Assembly: GCA_002269645.1 (NCBI GenBank)
Contig: NIVC01002918.1
Location: forward strand, 62,001-126,000
Direction of reading: 5' to 3'
Source: Macrostomum lignano
Taxonomy: Eukaryota
Length of the DNA stretch: 64,000 nucleotides
Shown here: positions 39,622-52,730 of the stretch, one piece after another
Position numbering within the stretch: position 1 is the stretch's first letter
Layout: each line of letters starts with the position of its first letter
Made by a program: the position numbers and the translations under genes
Notes under the pieces: model-generated
Database searches by the model: none
Told to the model about the DNA's origin: nothing
What the model saw: only the letters and a program-made list of their open reading frames with translations

Positions 39622-39925
39622 AGCCCCACGAGTTCATCAGCCTCAGGCTGTGTCTGTCGAAGCTCATCAGCACCACCGCGTGTCTGAGCAGCTTTGCCTC
39701 AGAGTCTCCACCGGTGAGGTCGGCCTGAGTGAGAATGCCTTCGGGATTCTGCTTGAAGAACTGCTTGAAGCTGCCCCACTCGCTCTTTGTGAGGCCGAAA
39801 GTGGCCACGACTGGCCGCTTGGCGATGACGGCGTCCAGCGCGGCTCTCTCATCGACCTCCTTGCACTGCAGCCGGTACTCCGGACACACTGTCCGCAGCA
39901 CCTCGACTCTGCGGGCTCTGTTCGG
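39622..39925 (-). pseudogene. Fragment duplicating the protease domain of the 26578-28959 gene
   Basis: VLRTVCPEYRLQCKEVDE...HAVVL.SFDRHSLRLMNSWGS is near-identical, then diverges abruptly. Confidence 0.88.
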
Positions 39926-40743
39926 TCTGCATGATCAGTTGTACAGTACTGATGGTTAGTCACCAGTGCTTGTTGAAACGAATGTTTTTTATAAAATATT
40001 GCTTGGTTCCTCTCCCCAATTTTAATACGAGCGTACAAGGGTAACCCAACTGGATTGCCTGCCGTATAACTGGGTAGAAACCTTGGGACATGCTCCTCAA
40101 TATTTACATGTTATATGTATCGCATGGTGATGCATAGCATCGAATAAATGAAGAAAATAGTCGATCAGTGAAGTCGATTTGACATCACTTTGCAAACCGA
40201 GTCAGTCATTCTACATTTCAAATACGAGCTTAGAATAGAACAAATGCTGCTCTGAGAAGCATACAGTACATCAGCCTATCGTTCATTTTAAAACTTCTAT
40301 GTTACACTGTCTTGATGGCGCCAAAACGAGTGCCTGACTGCGGCGCCAAAATAAGTGCCTGCCGACAACACCGATTTCCAAAATAATGTATAGGGATTCA
40401 GTCATGTAGAATTCTCGGCTTTGTCCCCCACCATAAAATCCATGGCGACGCACTTGCTAAACTCAGTGAGATTTTCTTCCTCGCTGCCAGGGACAACTAA
40501 AACCTTAGGTTTTATTTGTCCCTGCTCGCTGCTTTAATTAAACCCTCACTCTTAATACTCGTACGAGAATAAGATATACGAGAGTCGCCAAAGCCACAAT
40601 GAAAATAAACTTGGTAGTACCCGGCTTTCCCCTAACCTAAGTGGCTTCTAATTTTGGCTCTGATGCAAGATATCTTCTATAAGAATGCGTGCACTGGTGA
40701 AGCACTTGGCATTCTAGACAGCAGCTTGTAATCCTGCCGAGAA

Positions 40744-41499
40744 ATGTCCTGGCTTACGTTTGCAATAAAGATCGGTGCGTGTACAGCAGCGACTGTGGTT
40801 GGCGGCCCCATTGGTGGAGCTGCAGTCAGCTTGGCATTCAACGGAACCAGCTTGGTCTCCAATGTACGCAATGGAGACATGCTTGGAGTTGCAATTGATG
40901 CAGGCTCATGCATTTTAGACGTCTATACTATGGGGTCGGCTTCGTCGGCGGTTTCCGGTGCGAAGGAGACTGGCAAGAAGGCGGTGGTTGATTTCACAAA
41001 AAAGGCGACCAAGCAGGGCACCAAGAAGATCGGACAGGAAATGGGCAAGAAGATCGCGCAGGAGGGGTTGGAGGGAGCCGCCAAGAACGCGGCTGTCGCA
41101 AGCGCCAGACAAGCATCGAAGGCCATGAAGAAGCAGATAGGGCGCGAGCTCGGCAAGGAGCTCGGCAAGGGAGCGATCGATTCATCGGTCAAGTCAACTA
41201 TGAAGGAGGTGTTTAAGACGAGTGCTGGGGATGTACTGAAGGACACAGCCAAGTCCATGGCTGCTGGCGGAGCCAAAGAAGCGATGGAAACCTTTGGTCA
41301 AAAGTCCGCAGTTTATATTCTGGAGGAAGCTCTGGCCGACACTGCAAAAGAGGCAACGAAGTCGCAAGTTGCTCAACTGGCTGCGGAGGCGGCGAAGCCA
41401 ATCATGCAGAACGCGAGTGCGAAGATCGCTAGGGCTGAGGCGACCAACATGATCGCCAAAACGACTCTGCGAGTTGCATTAAAAGTATTGGACAAATAG
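40744..41499 (+). CDS. Intronless Ala/Lys/Gly-rich amphipathic helical protein (251 aa) of unknown function
   Basis: Clean ATG-TAG ORF; N-terminal hydrophobic GxxxG segment (VVGGPIGGAAV). Confidence 0.7.
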   Translation: MSWLTFAIKIGACTAATVVGGPIGGAAVSLAFNGTSLVSNVRNGDMLGVAIDAGSCILDVYTMGSASSAVSGAKETGKKAVVDFTKKATKQGTKKIGQEMGKKIAQEGLEGAAKNAAVASARQASKAMKKQIGRELGKELGKGAIDSSVKSTMKEVFKTSAGDVLKDTAKSMAAGGAKEAMETFGQKSAVYILEEALADTAKEATKSQVAQLAAEAAKPIMQNASAKIARAEATNMIAKTTLRVALKVLDK

Positions 41500-41894
41500 C
41501 AGCCGAGCTCAGTGCAAACGAAGTAATTCTGTTAAGATCAGACAGCTTTAAGGATAACATACTAAAAACGGAATAATCCAATAACTACTCGTAGAAAATA
41601 AATCTTTTGGCGATTGGCCCCATTGACTCGTAGTTAATTTCCAGCCTTGAGAATAAGCTGTAAAATCGTTGTCTATTAACATATCTTAGTTTATCGATGC
41701 TTCAGTGTGGTCAGATTTTTATTTACTGACAAAGCACCTATTTCTGTGAAAGCTATTGCAAGGATACGCAAATTTCCTCATCGCACCAACAGTATGTAGC
41801 TCACATATAATGGCTTTTAGAACACAAGAAAACTCTGCCTGTCTGTGTGGGTGTGCCGGGCAGCAACAGTAATGATGAAATACGCTCGATCCGG

Positions 41895-42115
41895 TGAAAG
41901 AGAGGAGAGGGGAGAGGAGAGGAGAGGAGAGGAGAGGAGAGGACAGGGGAGGAGAGGAGAGGAGAGGAGAGGAGAGGAGAGGAGAGGAGAGGAGAGGAGA
42001 GGGGAGGAGAGGAGAGGAGAGGGGAGGAGAGGAGAGGAGACGAGAGGGGAGGAGAGGAGAGGAGACGAGAGGGGAGGAGAGGAGAGAAGAGGAGAGGAGA
42101 CGAGAGGAGAGGCCG
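41895..42115. repeat. (GAGGA)n microsatellite
   Basis: Direct reading. Confidence 0.95.
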
Positions 42116-43322
42116 CAGCTATCCAGACAGACCAGCTCTAGACTAGCCGATTTCAATGCCCAAAAGGAAATAACGAAGCTGAGGTTTGAGGGCCAAGCAA
42201 AAGTTTTTGGGGGGGGGGGTGGATAGTTATTTAAACAACGGTACAAAGAGAAACTACTTAGGCGCAAACCCTCCCCTACCCATTAATTGTTTTGAATTAT
42301 GCATTATACGTTCTCGTTGACTATAAAATTAGTCTTGAATACGGTATGGCGAGTTTGAGCTGTGAGCCTCACTCATAATAGGGCCGGCCTTTAGAGGCCT
42401 GTGTGTAAGCTATCACTGTCCCATGCTGTACGCCCATTACTCAACGCTTCGAAATCATTAAGGCTACTAAAAATGCATCCATGAAACAATGGTTAATTTT
42501 AGTCACGAGAGAATGAATCATGATTATTTATACATATTCTGTCTACCTCCAAAACCATATATGCAAAATCTACCACGGTCTATCATGTAAGCATAAGATA
42601 GTTGCGGACTGGACACCTGACTCACTATATTTGGTATTATCTAGCAAGCACAAAATAAAATTCTGCCACGAACCGCAACTGCGAGTTTCTTTGGTTACCA
42701 AAATTAATTTGAAGGTTCTCGCGATAAGCCAGGACCGATTCCCGAGTTCTTACTCGGTGTCAGCTGGTCTCAACCGCTGAGCCAGGACCTCACCTGAGGA
42801 CAAAAGATCGATTTAACTATTAGTACGCAACCTTTTTGCAGACACCGCAAGGGATTCGCTTCTTTCCTTTTGACAGGCAGCTCTGAGCTAAAAAAATATG
42901 TTTTAAAAGGCAACAGTAAGTTTTAGAAGCTGCGCATGTGAAACTTGTGGCGTGAACTGGCTGTATTTAAGAGCTGAATGCAAAAATCAAAGGCAAAATG
43001 CAACAGGAGGGCGAAAGCGAAATTATGTAACATTATGCAGCATACGTAATAATGATTCTAAAAGCACAGCACATTCTTACCATGCAAAATATGAACACAG
43101 TCCAAAGTACACAATACTCGTAAAAGCCGACGTCAAGTTAATTACGTTATAAGTCAATGCACATTACAATCGCCACCCACAGAAAATGCCCGAGCTTGCA
43201 ACTCGTAGAAGTACATGTGCACTAAAATTTACATAATTCATATGCACTATAGAAGTGCATGAGCACTACAAAAGTGCATGAGCACTATAAAAGTGCATGA
43301 GCACTATAAAAGTGCAGGCCAA

Positions 43323-43761
43323 TTATCTGGCAGCGGAGGCGGCGCGCAGCTGCATGGCCTCGCGCAGCTCGGCAGCGGAAGCGCAGACCTCGGCCTCCAG
43401 CAGAAGCGCCTCAGACGGCCAGGTCTCCGCCCGGCGCAGCTTGACAGTGTCCAGCAGCTCGGCCACGGCCTGGTGGGCCAGATAACTGAGCAGCCGGCAG
43501 GCGGCGGAGCTCAGGCGGTGGCCGGCCGGGCCCAGCCAGCTGCGGAAGCGGCGCAGATCAGAGCGGCTGGCGGCGCCCCCGCCGTGTCCGACAAGGCAGC
43601 AGCGGCGGCTGCGGGCGAACCGTTCGTAGTCTGCGGGGCTGAGGCCCTCCGAGCACCGGTTGAGCCGCTGCAGCCGCTGCTGCTGCTCCTCCTGCAGCTG
43701 CGCCAGGGCGTCCGCCGCCTCCGGCAGCGCCGACTCCAGGAAGGGCGGTAGGGAGCGCTCG
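43323..43761 (-). CDS. SPT3: SPT3-like (SAGA histone-fold subunit), last exon
   Basis: RLQRLNRCSEGLSPADYERFARSR...FRSWL...LLSYLAHQAVAELLD...LREAM resembles the SUPT3H C-terminal fold; polypyrimidine tract + CAG acceptor at 43762. Confidence 0.72.
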
Positions 43762-43814
43762 CTGCGGGGGTGAAAGTGGGGCGGGGGAATTGAGGTTGGG
43801 TAGTAGTGGGGAAT

Positions 43815-44900
43815 CTGCTGTTCTGATTGGGAATCTGCTGATATGATTGGGAATCTGCTGATATGATTGGGAATCTGCTGTTCTGATTGGGAATCTGCTG
43901 ATATGATTGGGAATCTGCTGATATGATTGGGAATCTGCTTTTCTGATTGGGAATCTGCTTTTATGATTGAGAATCTGCTTTTCTGATTGGGAATCTGCTT
44001 TTATGATTGAGAATCTGCTTTTCTGATTGGGAATCTGCTTTTATGATTGAGAATCTGCTTTTCTGATTGGGAATCTGCTGATATGATTGAGAATCTGCTG
44101 TTCTGATTGGGAATCTGCTTTTATGATTGGGAATCTGCTTTTCTGATTGGGAATCTGCTTTTCTGATTGGGAATCTGCTTTTATGATTGAGAATCTGCTT
44201 TTCTGATTGGGAATCTGCTTTTATGATTGAGAATCTGCTTTTCTGATTGGGAATCTGCTGATATGATTGAGAATCTGCTGTTCTGATTGGGAATCTGCTA
44301 TTCTGATTGGGAATCTGCTTTTCTGATTGGGAATCTGCTGATATGATTGAGAATCTGCTGTTCTGATTGGGAATCTGCTGTTCTGATTGGGAATCTGCTT
44401 TTCTGATTGGGAATCTGCTTTTCTGATTAGGAATCTGCTATTCTGATTGAGAATCTGCTATTCTGATTAAGAATCTGCTATTCTGATTGGGAATCTGCAG
44501 TTCTAATTGGGAATCTGCTATTGTGATTGAGAATCTGCTATTCTGATTGGGAATCTGCAGTTCTAATTGGGAATCTGCTATTGTGATTGGGAATCTGCCA
44601 TTCTTATTGGGAATCTGCTTTTATGATTGAGAATCTGCTATTCTGATTGGGAATCTGCTGATATGATTGGGAATCTGCTGATATGATAGGGAATCTGCCA
44701 TTCTGATTGGGAATCTGCAGTTTTAATTGGGAATCTGCAGTTCTAATTGGGAATCTGCAGTTCTAATTGGGAATCTGCAGTTCTAATTGGGAATCTGCAG
44801 TTCTAATTGGGAATCTGCAGTTCTAATTGGGAATCTGCAGTTCTAATTGGGAATCTGCAGTTCTAATTGGGAATCTGCAGTTCTAATAGGGCATCTGCTA
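43815..44900. repeat. Intronic 20-bp minisatellite (~54 copies)
   Basis: GGGAATCTGCTGTTCTGATT and variants. Confidence 0.95.
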
Positions 44901-45189
44901 TTATTCGAGAAGCAGCCGTCATTCAGATTTTCTGTTTATTGGAAAAATTTGCACTAAAACTTGCTTAGCGCTTTACTGGCAGTAGATAAGCGTGTTGCGT
45001 GCATGATCCAATCGGTAATGCCCAAAACCTGAACTCTTGCAACCCCCAAACTTCGAATCCGATATACTAAAAATTAATATTTAAAGTTATTAATGGCCTT
45101 GGTTGGATTTATAAGCGGGAGGACATGACCCACAGCCAGTTAACAATAAGCTGACTTTGAAAACGTAGTGCTCAGGGCTCAGCTCTGCT

Positions 45190-45336
45190 CACCCACAGCA
45201 GCCACCCGCTGCTCACCCACAGCAGCCACCCGCTACTCACCCACAGCAGCCACCCGCTACTCACCCACAGCAGCCACCCGCTACTCACCCACAGCAGCCA
45301 CCCGCTACTCACCCACAGCAGCCACCCGCTACTCAC
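45190..45336. repeat. 24-bp tandem repeat that reiterates the splice donor
   Basis: CCACAGCAGCCACCCGCTACTCAC; each unit carries GGTGAGT on the minus strand. Confidence 0.85.
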
Positions 45337-45750
45337 CCGCAGTCAGCGCCCTCTGCCAGCTGCTCAACCAGCTCAGGTCCGTCGATCTCAGCGGCCTCCT
45401 CAGCCCCGTCGCCGCCGTTCTCGAGGCGGCAGGCAGCGCGCCTCTCGCCAGCAGGCGGTGGTAGCGGATGCAGTGCGCCAGCGCCCGCCTGTTGGAGCGG
45501 AGGGCCGCCACAAGGTCCGCCGCTGACACCTCCGCCTCATGCGGGCCGTCCCCCCGCTCGTGCGCAGCCACGGCGGCCGCAGCCCAGCGGGAGAGCCGCA
45601 GGCGGAGGAAATCCTCCACCAGGTCGAGGCTGCCGCTGCAGGGCTCGGGCAAGTCGCCAAGGCCGAACATCATCTGCCGAAGCTGCTCAGCGTACTGGCG
45701 CTGCGGCTGCGACTCTGCGGGTGCGGCGGCGAGGGATTTTGAGTCTGAGC
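45337..45750 (-). CDS. SPT3: SPT3-like N-terminal histone-fold exon (5' end not located; apparent 1-nt frameshift near 45430-45460)
   Basis: YAEQLRQMMFGLGDLPEP...LVEDFL...RG...ADLVAALR..RRAL...IRY matches the TAF13/SPT3 fold; donor G/GTGAGT at 45336. Confidence 0.75.
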
Positions 45751-46149
45751 AGGGCTGCCCCGGAGATACGTGAGTGACGCTCTGGTCACTGGGCCTCCGC
45801 ACACAACTGTCGCTAACTTGACTGTGACAAACTTGACGGATTTTATGGGGGGGGGGACAAAGCAAAGAATTTTACACGTTCATATACCTGAATACTAAAT
45901 TCCTACATGTACATTATTTTGACAATCGGTGTTATCAGCGCTTTTTGGCACCGCAGGCACTCATTTTGGTACCGCAGGTGCTATATTTTAGCGACCGGAA
46001 ACAAGATTATCGCTTTCCACAACGGGTCACCATCACCAATCAACTTCACAAGGTGGGGTGGGGGCACAAAGCATTGTCATGCCACTCCCATAGCTTTTAC
46101 TGGGGGACATGTCCTCCTGCCCCCCGGTGACGACGCCCCTGAAAATTGG

Positions 46150-47045
46150 GTCTCAATCCTGGACGGGCAATATGGACTGTGCCAAATTTGAGTCTCAATC
46201 CTGAACAGGCAATATGGACTGTGCCAAATTTGAGTCTCAATCCTGAACAGGCAATATGGACTGTGCCAAATTTGAGTCTCAATCCTGAACAGGCAATATG
46301 GACTGTGCCAAATTTGAGTCTCAATCCTGGACAGGCAATATGAACTGTGCCAAATTTGAGTCTCAATCCTGAACAGGCAATATGGACTGTGCCAAATTTG
46401 AGTCTCAATCCTGAACAGGCAATATGAACTGTGCCAAATTTGAGTCTCAATCCTGAACAGGCAATATGGACTGTGCCAAATTTGAGTCTCAATCCTGAAC
46501 AGGCAATATGGACTGTGCCAAATTTGAGTCTCAATCCTGAACAGGCAATATGGACTGTGCCAAATTTGAGTCTCAATCCTGAACAGGCAATATGAACTGT
46601 GCCAAATTTGAGTCTCAATCCTGAACGGGCAATATGGACTGTGCCAAATTTGAGTCTCAATCCTGAACGGGCAATATGGACTGTGCCAAATTTGAGTCTC
46701 AATCCTGAACGGGCAATATGGACTGTGCCAAATTTGAGTCTCAATCCTGAACGGGCAATATGGACTGTGCCAAATTTGAGTCTCAATCATGAACGGGCAA
46801 TATGGACTGTGCCAAATTTGAGTCTCAATCCTGAACAGGCAATATGGACTGTGCCAAATTTGAGTCTCAATCATGAACGGGCAATATGGACTGTGCCAAA
46901 TTTGAGTCTCAATCATGAACGGGCAATATGGACTGTGGCAAATTTGAGTCTCAATCATGAACGGGCAATACGGACTGTGCCAAATTTGAGTCTCAATCAT
47001 GAACGGGCAATATGGACTGTGCCAAATTTGAGTCTCAATCATGAA
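46150..47045. repeat. 42-bp minisatellite (~21 copies)
   Basis: CTGAACAGGCAATATGGACTGTGCCAAATTTGAGTCTCAATC. Confidence 0.95.
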
Positions 47046-47619
47046 TGACTATCAAAGCGTAGCTTCTTATTTTGCTCAGAAATCGAGCTGGAGACCTCAG
47101 CTAACACAAGAGACATGCCGCTGTCACAACCCCTATGGAGATAGAGAGAGCTGCAGAAGCAGAGCAGCTCTGACCGAGAATTCAATAAAAGCTGTAAAAC
47201 ACGGACTGAGAAGGCCAGCCCTGGCCATGAAGCCATGGCTAAAATTTCGAAGCCGCTCGCAGACTCCGCGGAATGGCAAGCCAGGCAAGCCAGTATCAGT
47301 GACACACAAGTGAAGCTCGCAGATCTGCCGCAAGATAAACACACGGAGCAGCATTAAACGGCAAGTTTGCGCTGAGCGAATTCTGCGCAGCCCCGCCGCA
47401 GGCTGTGCCGCAGGCGGCTGGCAGCAGATCTTGGACACTCTGCCTGCCAGGGGCAAATTGTAAACAAAAGTTTGCCAACTGCAGCCTCTTGCAAAGCTGT
47501 TCGCGCAGCAGGACCTCCGAAGCGCAGCGGCAGTGACTAATTGATGCCAAGAAGTGAAACTTGAATTACTAAGGCGCTAGATTTTGATGACGTTTTCAAA
47601 GCATTGCAGCCTGCGCTTT

Positions 47620-48890
47620 GCTGGTTGGGGCTGGCCCAGAAACACAAACTGGCCCACAAGCTGTCCTGGAAACACACAGGCTGGCTCAGAAACACACAGG
47701 CTGGCCTAGAAACACACAGGCTGGCCCAGAAACACACAGGCTGGCCCAGAAACACACAGGCTGGCCCAGAAACACACAAACTGGTACAGAAACACACAGG
47801 CTGGCCCAGAAACACAAACTGGCCCAGAAACACACAGGCTGGCCCAGAAACACAAACTGGCCCAGAAACACACAGGCTGGTCCAGAAACACACACAGACT
47901 CACACAGACTGACACAGAAAGACATAGGCTGGTCCAGAAACACACAGACTGACACAGAAACACACAGGCTGGCCCAGAAACACACAGACTGACACAGAAA
48001 CACACAGGCTGGCCCAGTAACACACAGACTGAAACAGAAACACACAGACTGACTCAGAAACACGCAGGCTGGCCCAGAAACACACAGGCTGGCCCAGAAA
48101 CACATAGGCTGGCCCAGAAACACACAGGCTGGCCCAGAAACACACAGGCTGGTCCAGAAACACACACAGACTCACACAGACTGACACAGAAAGACATAGG
48201 CTGGTCCAGAAACACACAGACTGACACAGAAACACACAGGCTGGTCCAGAAACACACAGGCTGGCCCAGAAACACACAGACTGGCGCAGAAACACACAGG
48301 CTGGTCCAGAAACACACAGACTGACACAGAAACACACAGGCTGGTCCAGAAACACACACAGACTCACACAGACTGACACAGAAAGACATAGGCTGGTCCA
48401 GAAACACACAGACTGACACAGAAACACACAGGCTGGTCCAGAAACACACAGGCTGGCCCAGAAACACACAGACTGGCGCAGAAACACACAGGCTGGTCCA
48501 GAAACACACAGGCTGGTCCAGAAACACACAGGCTGGCCCAGAAACACACAGGCTGGCCCAGAAACACACAGACTGACTCAGAAACACATAGGCTGGTCCA
48601 GAAACACACAGGCTGGCCCAGAAACACACAGGCTGGCCCAGAAACACACAGGCTGGCCCAGAAACACACAGGCTGGCCCAGAAACACATAGGCTGGTCCA
48701 GAAACACACAGACTGACTCAGAAACACATAGGCTGGTCCAGAAACACACAGGCTGGCCCAGAAACACATAGGCTGGTCCAGAAACACACAGACTGACACA
48801 GAAACACACAGGCTGGCCCAGAAACACATAGGCTGGCCCAGAAACACACAGACTGACACAGAAACACACAGGCTGGCCCAGAACACAAGC
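47620..48890. repeat. ~20-bp minisatellite
   Basis: GGCTGGCCCAGAAACACACA with GACTGACACAGAAAC variants. Confidence 0.95.
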
Positions 48891-51800
48891 AGAGTCGGCA
48901 GTGCAAATCCCGAGCATGCCAGGCCAGTCCCAGAGCGCCATCCCCAGCTCCAATTTACGCAGGCTTAAGCAGCGCCATCAGCATGAATTTATCAGTGAGC
49001 CGGGCGAATCCCTCGCCCTCTCTCTTACATCCTCGCTGATCGATCAAGTGATTTTCTGACCAAGAAATCGGGCCGCAGAGAGGAGCTGGGAGTTAGGGAG
49101 GCTGGGGGAGCTCAAGGCCGGTTGCTGAAGAGAGGAGGGAACAGAAGATGACCAGGCCGAGCTGAATAATTTACGGCAAAGCCCGAGACCCGGGCTCATG
49201 CTGTCCAGTACTGCTGCTGCAAGCTCGAACTGCTATTCAGCTAAGCTTAATATTTACTAAAGTGCGCAGGTCTTGAAGGAGGACCCGGGCTCGATTTCTG
49301 AAGTCGCCGCATCAATAAAAGTGCAAACCTCCTGTGCAGTGAGGAGTTTTGCCAGCTCTTTTCAAAGAAGTTCAGGCCCTGCTGGGCATTCTGACGTCCG
49401 CTCAAAACTGCAGGTGGCTTCGAACAGACGCGAGAGCGATCAGAACTCGAGACTGATTTCTAGGAAACACGCGGACTCTGGACTGATAATTGGCAGCTCA
49501 GCGGGGGTTAGGGGCCGGGGGGAGGTGGCTGGCTGAGAAGGCGCCAGCGATTCCGCGATAACTCGGGGCGAGCGGGAGGGGGTGGCGGAGCTGCTGCTGC
49601 TGCACTCTGGTAGGAGCAGAAACTGCAGCAGGGGGCGAATAGAGGCTAGAGAGAGAGGGTGGGACCGGATGCCCCCAGGCGGTGTTATAAAGCCCGCCGC
49701 TGCTCATGGCGGGCTGTACGCACGCACGCGCGCTCGCTGGCACGCGGCAGCTGCGGACAGGCGGGCTGGATGGAGCCGCTGCAGACTGACGGGGCCGCAC
49801 CGGTAAGAGAATTCCTGAGCTGCTTGCTCACGGCTGTGTGAGATGCCAAATTGCTCTATACTTATGCTACACTATAATAATACCAAAAGCAGAAACAAAG
49901 ACAGCAACAGACACAACCCAGTTCTAAATGTCCTTGCTTGAACCTCCTTGGCCAGCTGCCTTCCTCAGGGGATCCCGCGCACAGCCCGCCCGCCTCTTCA
50001 CCTTATCTGAACAGTTTGTAAAACTAGTTTGGGAAGTTATGGGAAAATGGGGAAGCGCTGGGCTGGGAAGGAAGCAGATAGGGGAAGTTTAGGGCGCAGT
50101 GCGACAGACAAGGCAGACACCTATGCCTATAATGCCAGTAGCATTCCGCCCAATGAAAGGCGGCAGGTAACTCCGCCACCCCAGGCCGGGAATTCGGGAG
50201 AGGGGCAGGAGATGAAGCGGGCTATAAAACAGCGGAGGAAGCCCACGGACCAAAGCCTCGGACGCCAGGGAGAGAGAGAGCAGCCAGGCCCGAATCCCAG
50301 ATCCCCCACTTCCGGCCAGAGGAGCGCCGCCTCCAGGGGACGTGCTTCTTTGCATCCGCATGCCGCCAGCCCAGCGCACCTGACCATGGAATGTAAAGAA
50401 GTATGTTCTCTGGCCGCGCTGAGCAGCGAGGCCCTCGTCCAGACTCTTCCCCATCGCATCAATCCCACTAGCGGTCTCGGAGGCTCTGGGATTAAGAATT
50501 TGAGAATCAGAGAGTCAGTGAGGCCGAATCAGTCGGCAGGTTGGCACTGCAGAGCACACCGTAGAAATTAGAAACCAAAACTGAGGGCACTCGCGGTGAC
50601 GCATGCCTGCCCTGTGCCCTCCCCTCAGCTTCGTCTTGAAGCAAAAAAACACGCAGAGGCCTCCGCTCCCCCCGATCGATACGGGATGCGGCGCACTCGG
50701 GTGCGAGCGGCCAGCCACTGTCTGTGCGCTGCCACGCATCCCCTGCGCAAAACTGGCCAATATTCCCCCTTCCAATTTAACCCATATTCCGGACCCGCCA
50801 TCCCCATACATTCCTTCCCCCCCCCCACAAGCATGACTGACTGGGAGGGCAGGCAGTTCAGCGGGCCACCGCAGGCCCTGGGCCGCCACGCCGCTGCCGC
50901 GTGACTGCAGGGCCCCGCAGGCCCATCTGTGTAAACAGAAGCGGCAGCGCTCAGATTCAAATCAGCGCCACCCCAATTGGGCCCAAATTGTGTGAGAGAT
51001 GCGTTTTGGTTTGACATCTCGCTGACCAATTTCGGTGTGAAAGCCGTGAAAGCCGAGGCCGAGACAGTTCACTGGCTGGCTGCTGGCGACAGGAAGCGGG
51101 CAGCAGCGGCAGATTGCCGGGCCTGATAGGGACTGCTGTGCGAGTGAAATCGGGGCCGAAATTGACGCTACTTAGCAACAGTAGGGTGGCGCGAATGTGC
51201 TTACTTAGAGTACTATATAGGAATGTATGACGGTTCCAGTTCGCATAGTAAAAACCAAGTAAACAGACAGCTGGAGTGCCATAAAGTTGGTCAGCCCAGT
51301 TCCACTTCAGATGCCTTTCCCAGCCAAGGGCTGAATAACAAAGACCCGGGGATACAATAACCAAGCTTGTTCATGCGTGGGAGGTCATAAATCTATAACC
51401 ATTTTTCCCACTGTGCAGCCCTGTGACTTTGTTTATCTCCCCGTGACACCACTGAGACTGGCGCCTAGCGCAGGCAGATGCCGCGAGCCTTATCGATTAT
51501 TTTCGAGCCTGGCTAGATCAGGGACTATTAGTTTAGGAACTTGGACTGGAAGCAAGTAATCGGGGACGTCTTTAATTAGTCATATGTATGTGTGTGACAA
51601 AAATTAAAACCATCTCAAATTCTCTCAATTACAATTCAGAGATAAGCTTTTATCCTTTGATTAAGCTTTCAGACTATTAACTACAGTGAGCACGAATTTT
51701 GCTTTTGATATTTCTAAGAGTTTCCGAAAATCACATGCACTGGGCATTACAAAGACCAAAGAGCATTCGCTTGAAGATATGGACGGGCAGTTTTATAAAA

Positions 51801-51899
51801 TGCTAATATCACACAGCAGATGCCCTTCCGATCCAGGCATTTTATAGGAGCGGAAGTCCCTGACTAGACTCTGGGACAAAAACTGGCGGCAAACACAGA

Positions 51900-52730
51900 A
51901 ATCTGCTTCTGATTTTGATGGGGATGGGAGATTCTGGGAGATGGAGCTGCTTCTGATTCTGATGGGGATGGGAGATTCCGGGACATGCAGCTGCTTCTGA
52001 TTCAGATGGGGATTGGAGATTCTGGGACATGCATCTGCTTCTGATTTTGATGGGGATGGGAGATTCCGGGAGATGCAGCTGCTTCTGATTCTGATGGGGA
52101 TGGGAGATTCCGGGAGATGCAGCTGCTTCTGATTCTGATGGGGATGGGAGATTCTGGGACATGCATCTGCTTCTGATTTTGATGGGGATGGGAGATTCCG
52201 GGAGATGGAGCTGCTTCTGATTCTGATGGGGATGGGAGATTCCGGGAGATGGAGCTGCTTCTGATTTTGATGGGGATGGGAGATTCTGGGACATGGAGCT
52301 GCTTCTGATTTTGATGGGGATGGGAGATTCTGGGACATGGAGCTGCTTCTGATTCTGATGGGGATGGGAGATTCCGGGAGATGGAGCTGCTTCTGATTTT
52401 GATGGGGATGGATGGGAGATTCTGGGACATGGAGCTGCTTCTGATTTTGATGGGGATGGGAGATTCTGGGAGATGCAGCTGCTTCTGATTCTGATGGGGA
52501 TGGGAGATTCTGGGACATGCATCTGCTTCTGATTTTGATGGGGATGGGAGATTCCGGGAGATGGAGCTGCTTCTGATTCTGATGGGGATGGGAGATTCCG
52601 GGAGATGGAGCTGCTTCTGATTTTGATGGGGATGGGAGATTCTGGGACATGGAGCTGCTTCTGATTTTGATGGGGATGGGAGATTCCGGGAGATGGAGCT
52701 GCTTATGACTCTGATGGGGATGGGAGAGTC
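51900..52730. repeat. 44-bp minisatellite
   Basis: GATGGGGATGGGAGATTCCGGGAGATGGAGCTGCTTCTGATTCT. Confidence 0.95.

Noticed and set aside
46077-48953. Long repetitive ORFs (e.g. IETQIWHSPYC, CVFLGQPVCFW), and similar ones at 5387-5902, 31134-31496, 41719-42267, 51793-52776, 54668-55396 and 57408-58124
   Set aside because: They are by-products of stop-free minisatellite units and are open in several frames or on both strands.
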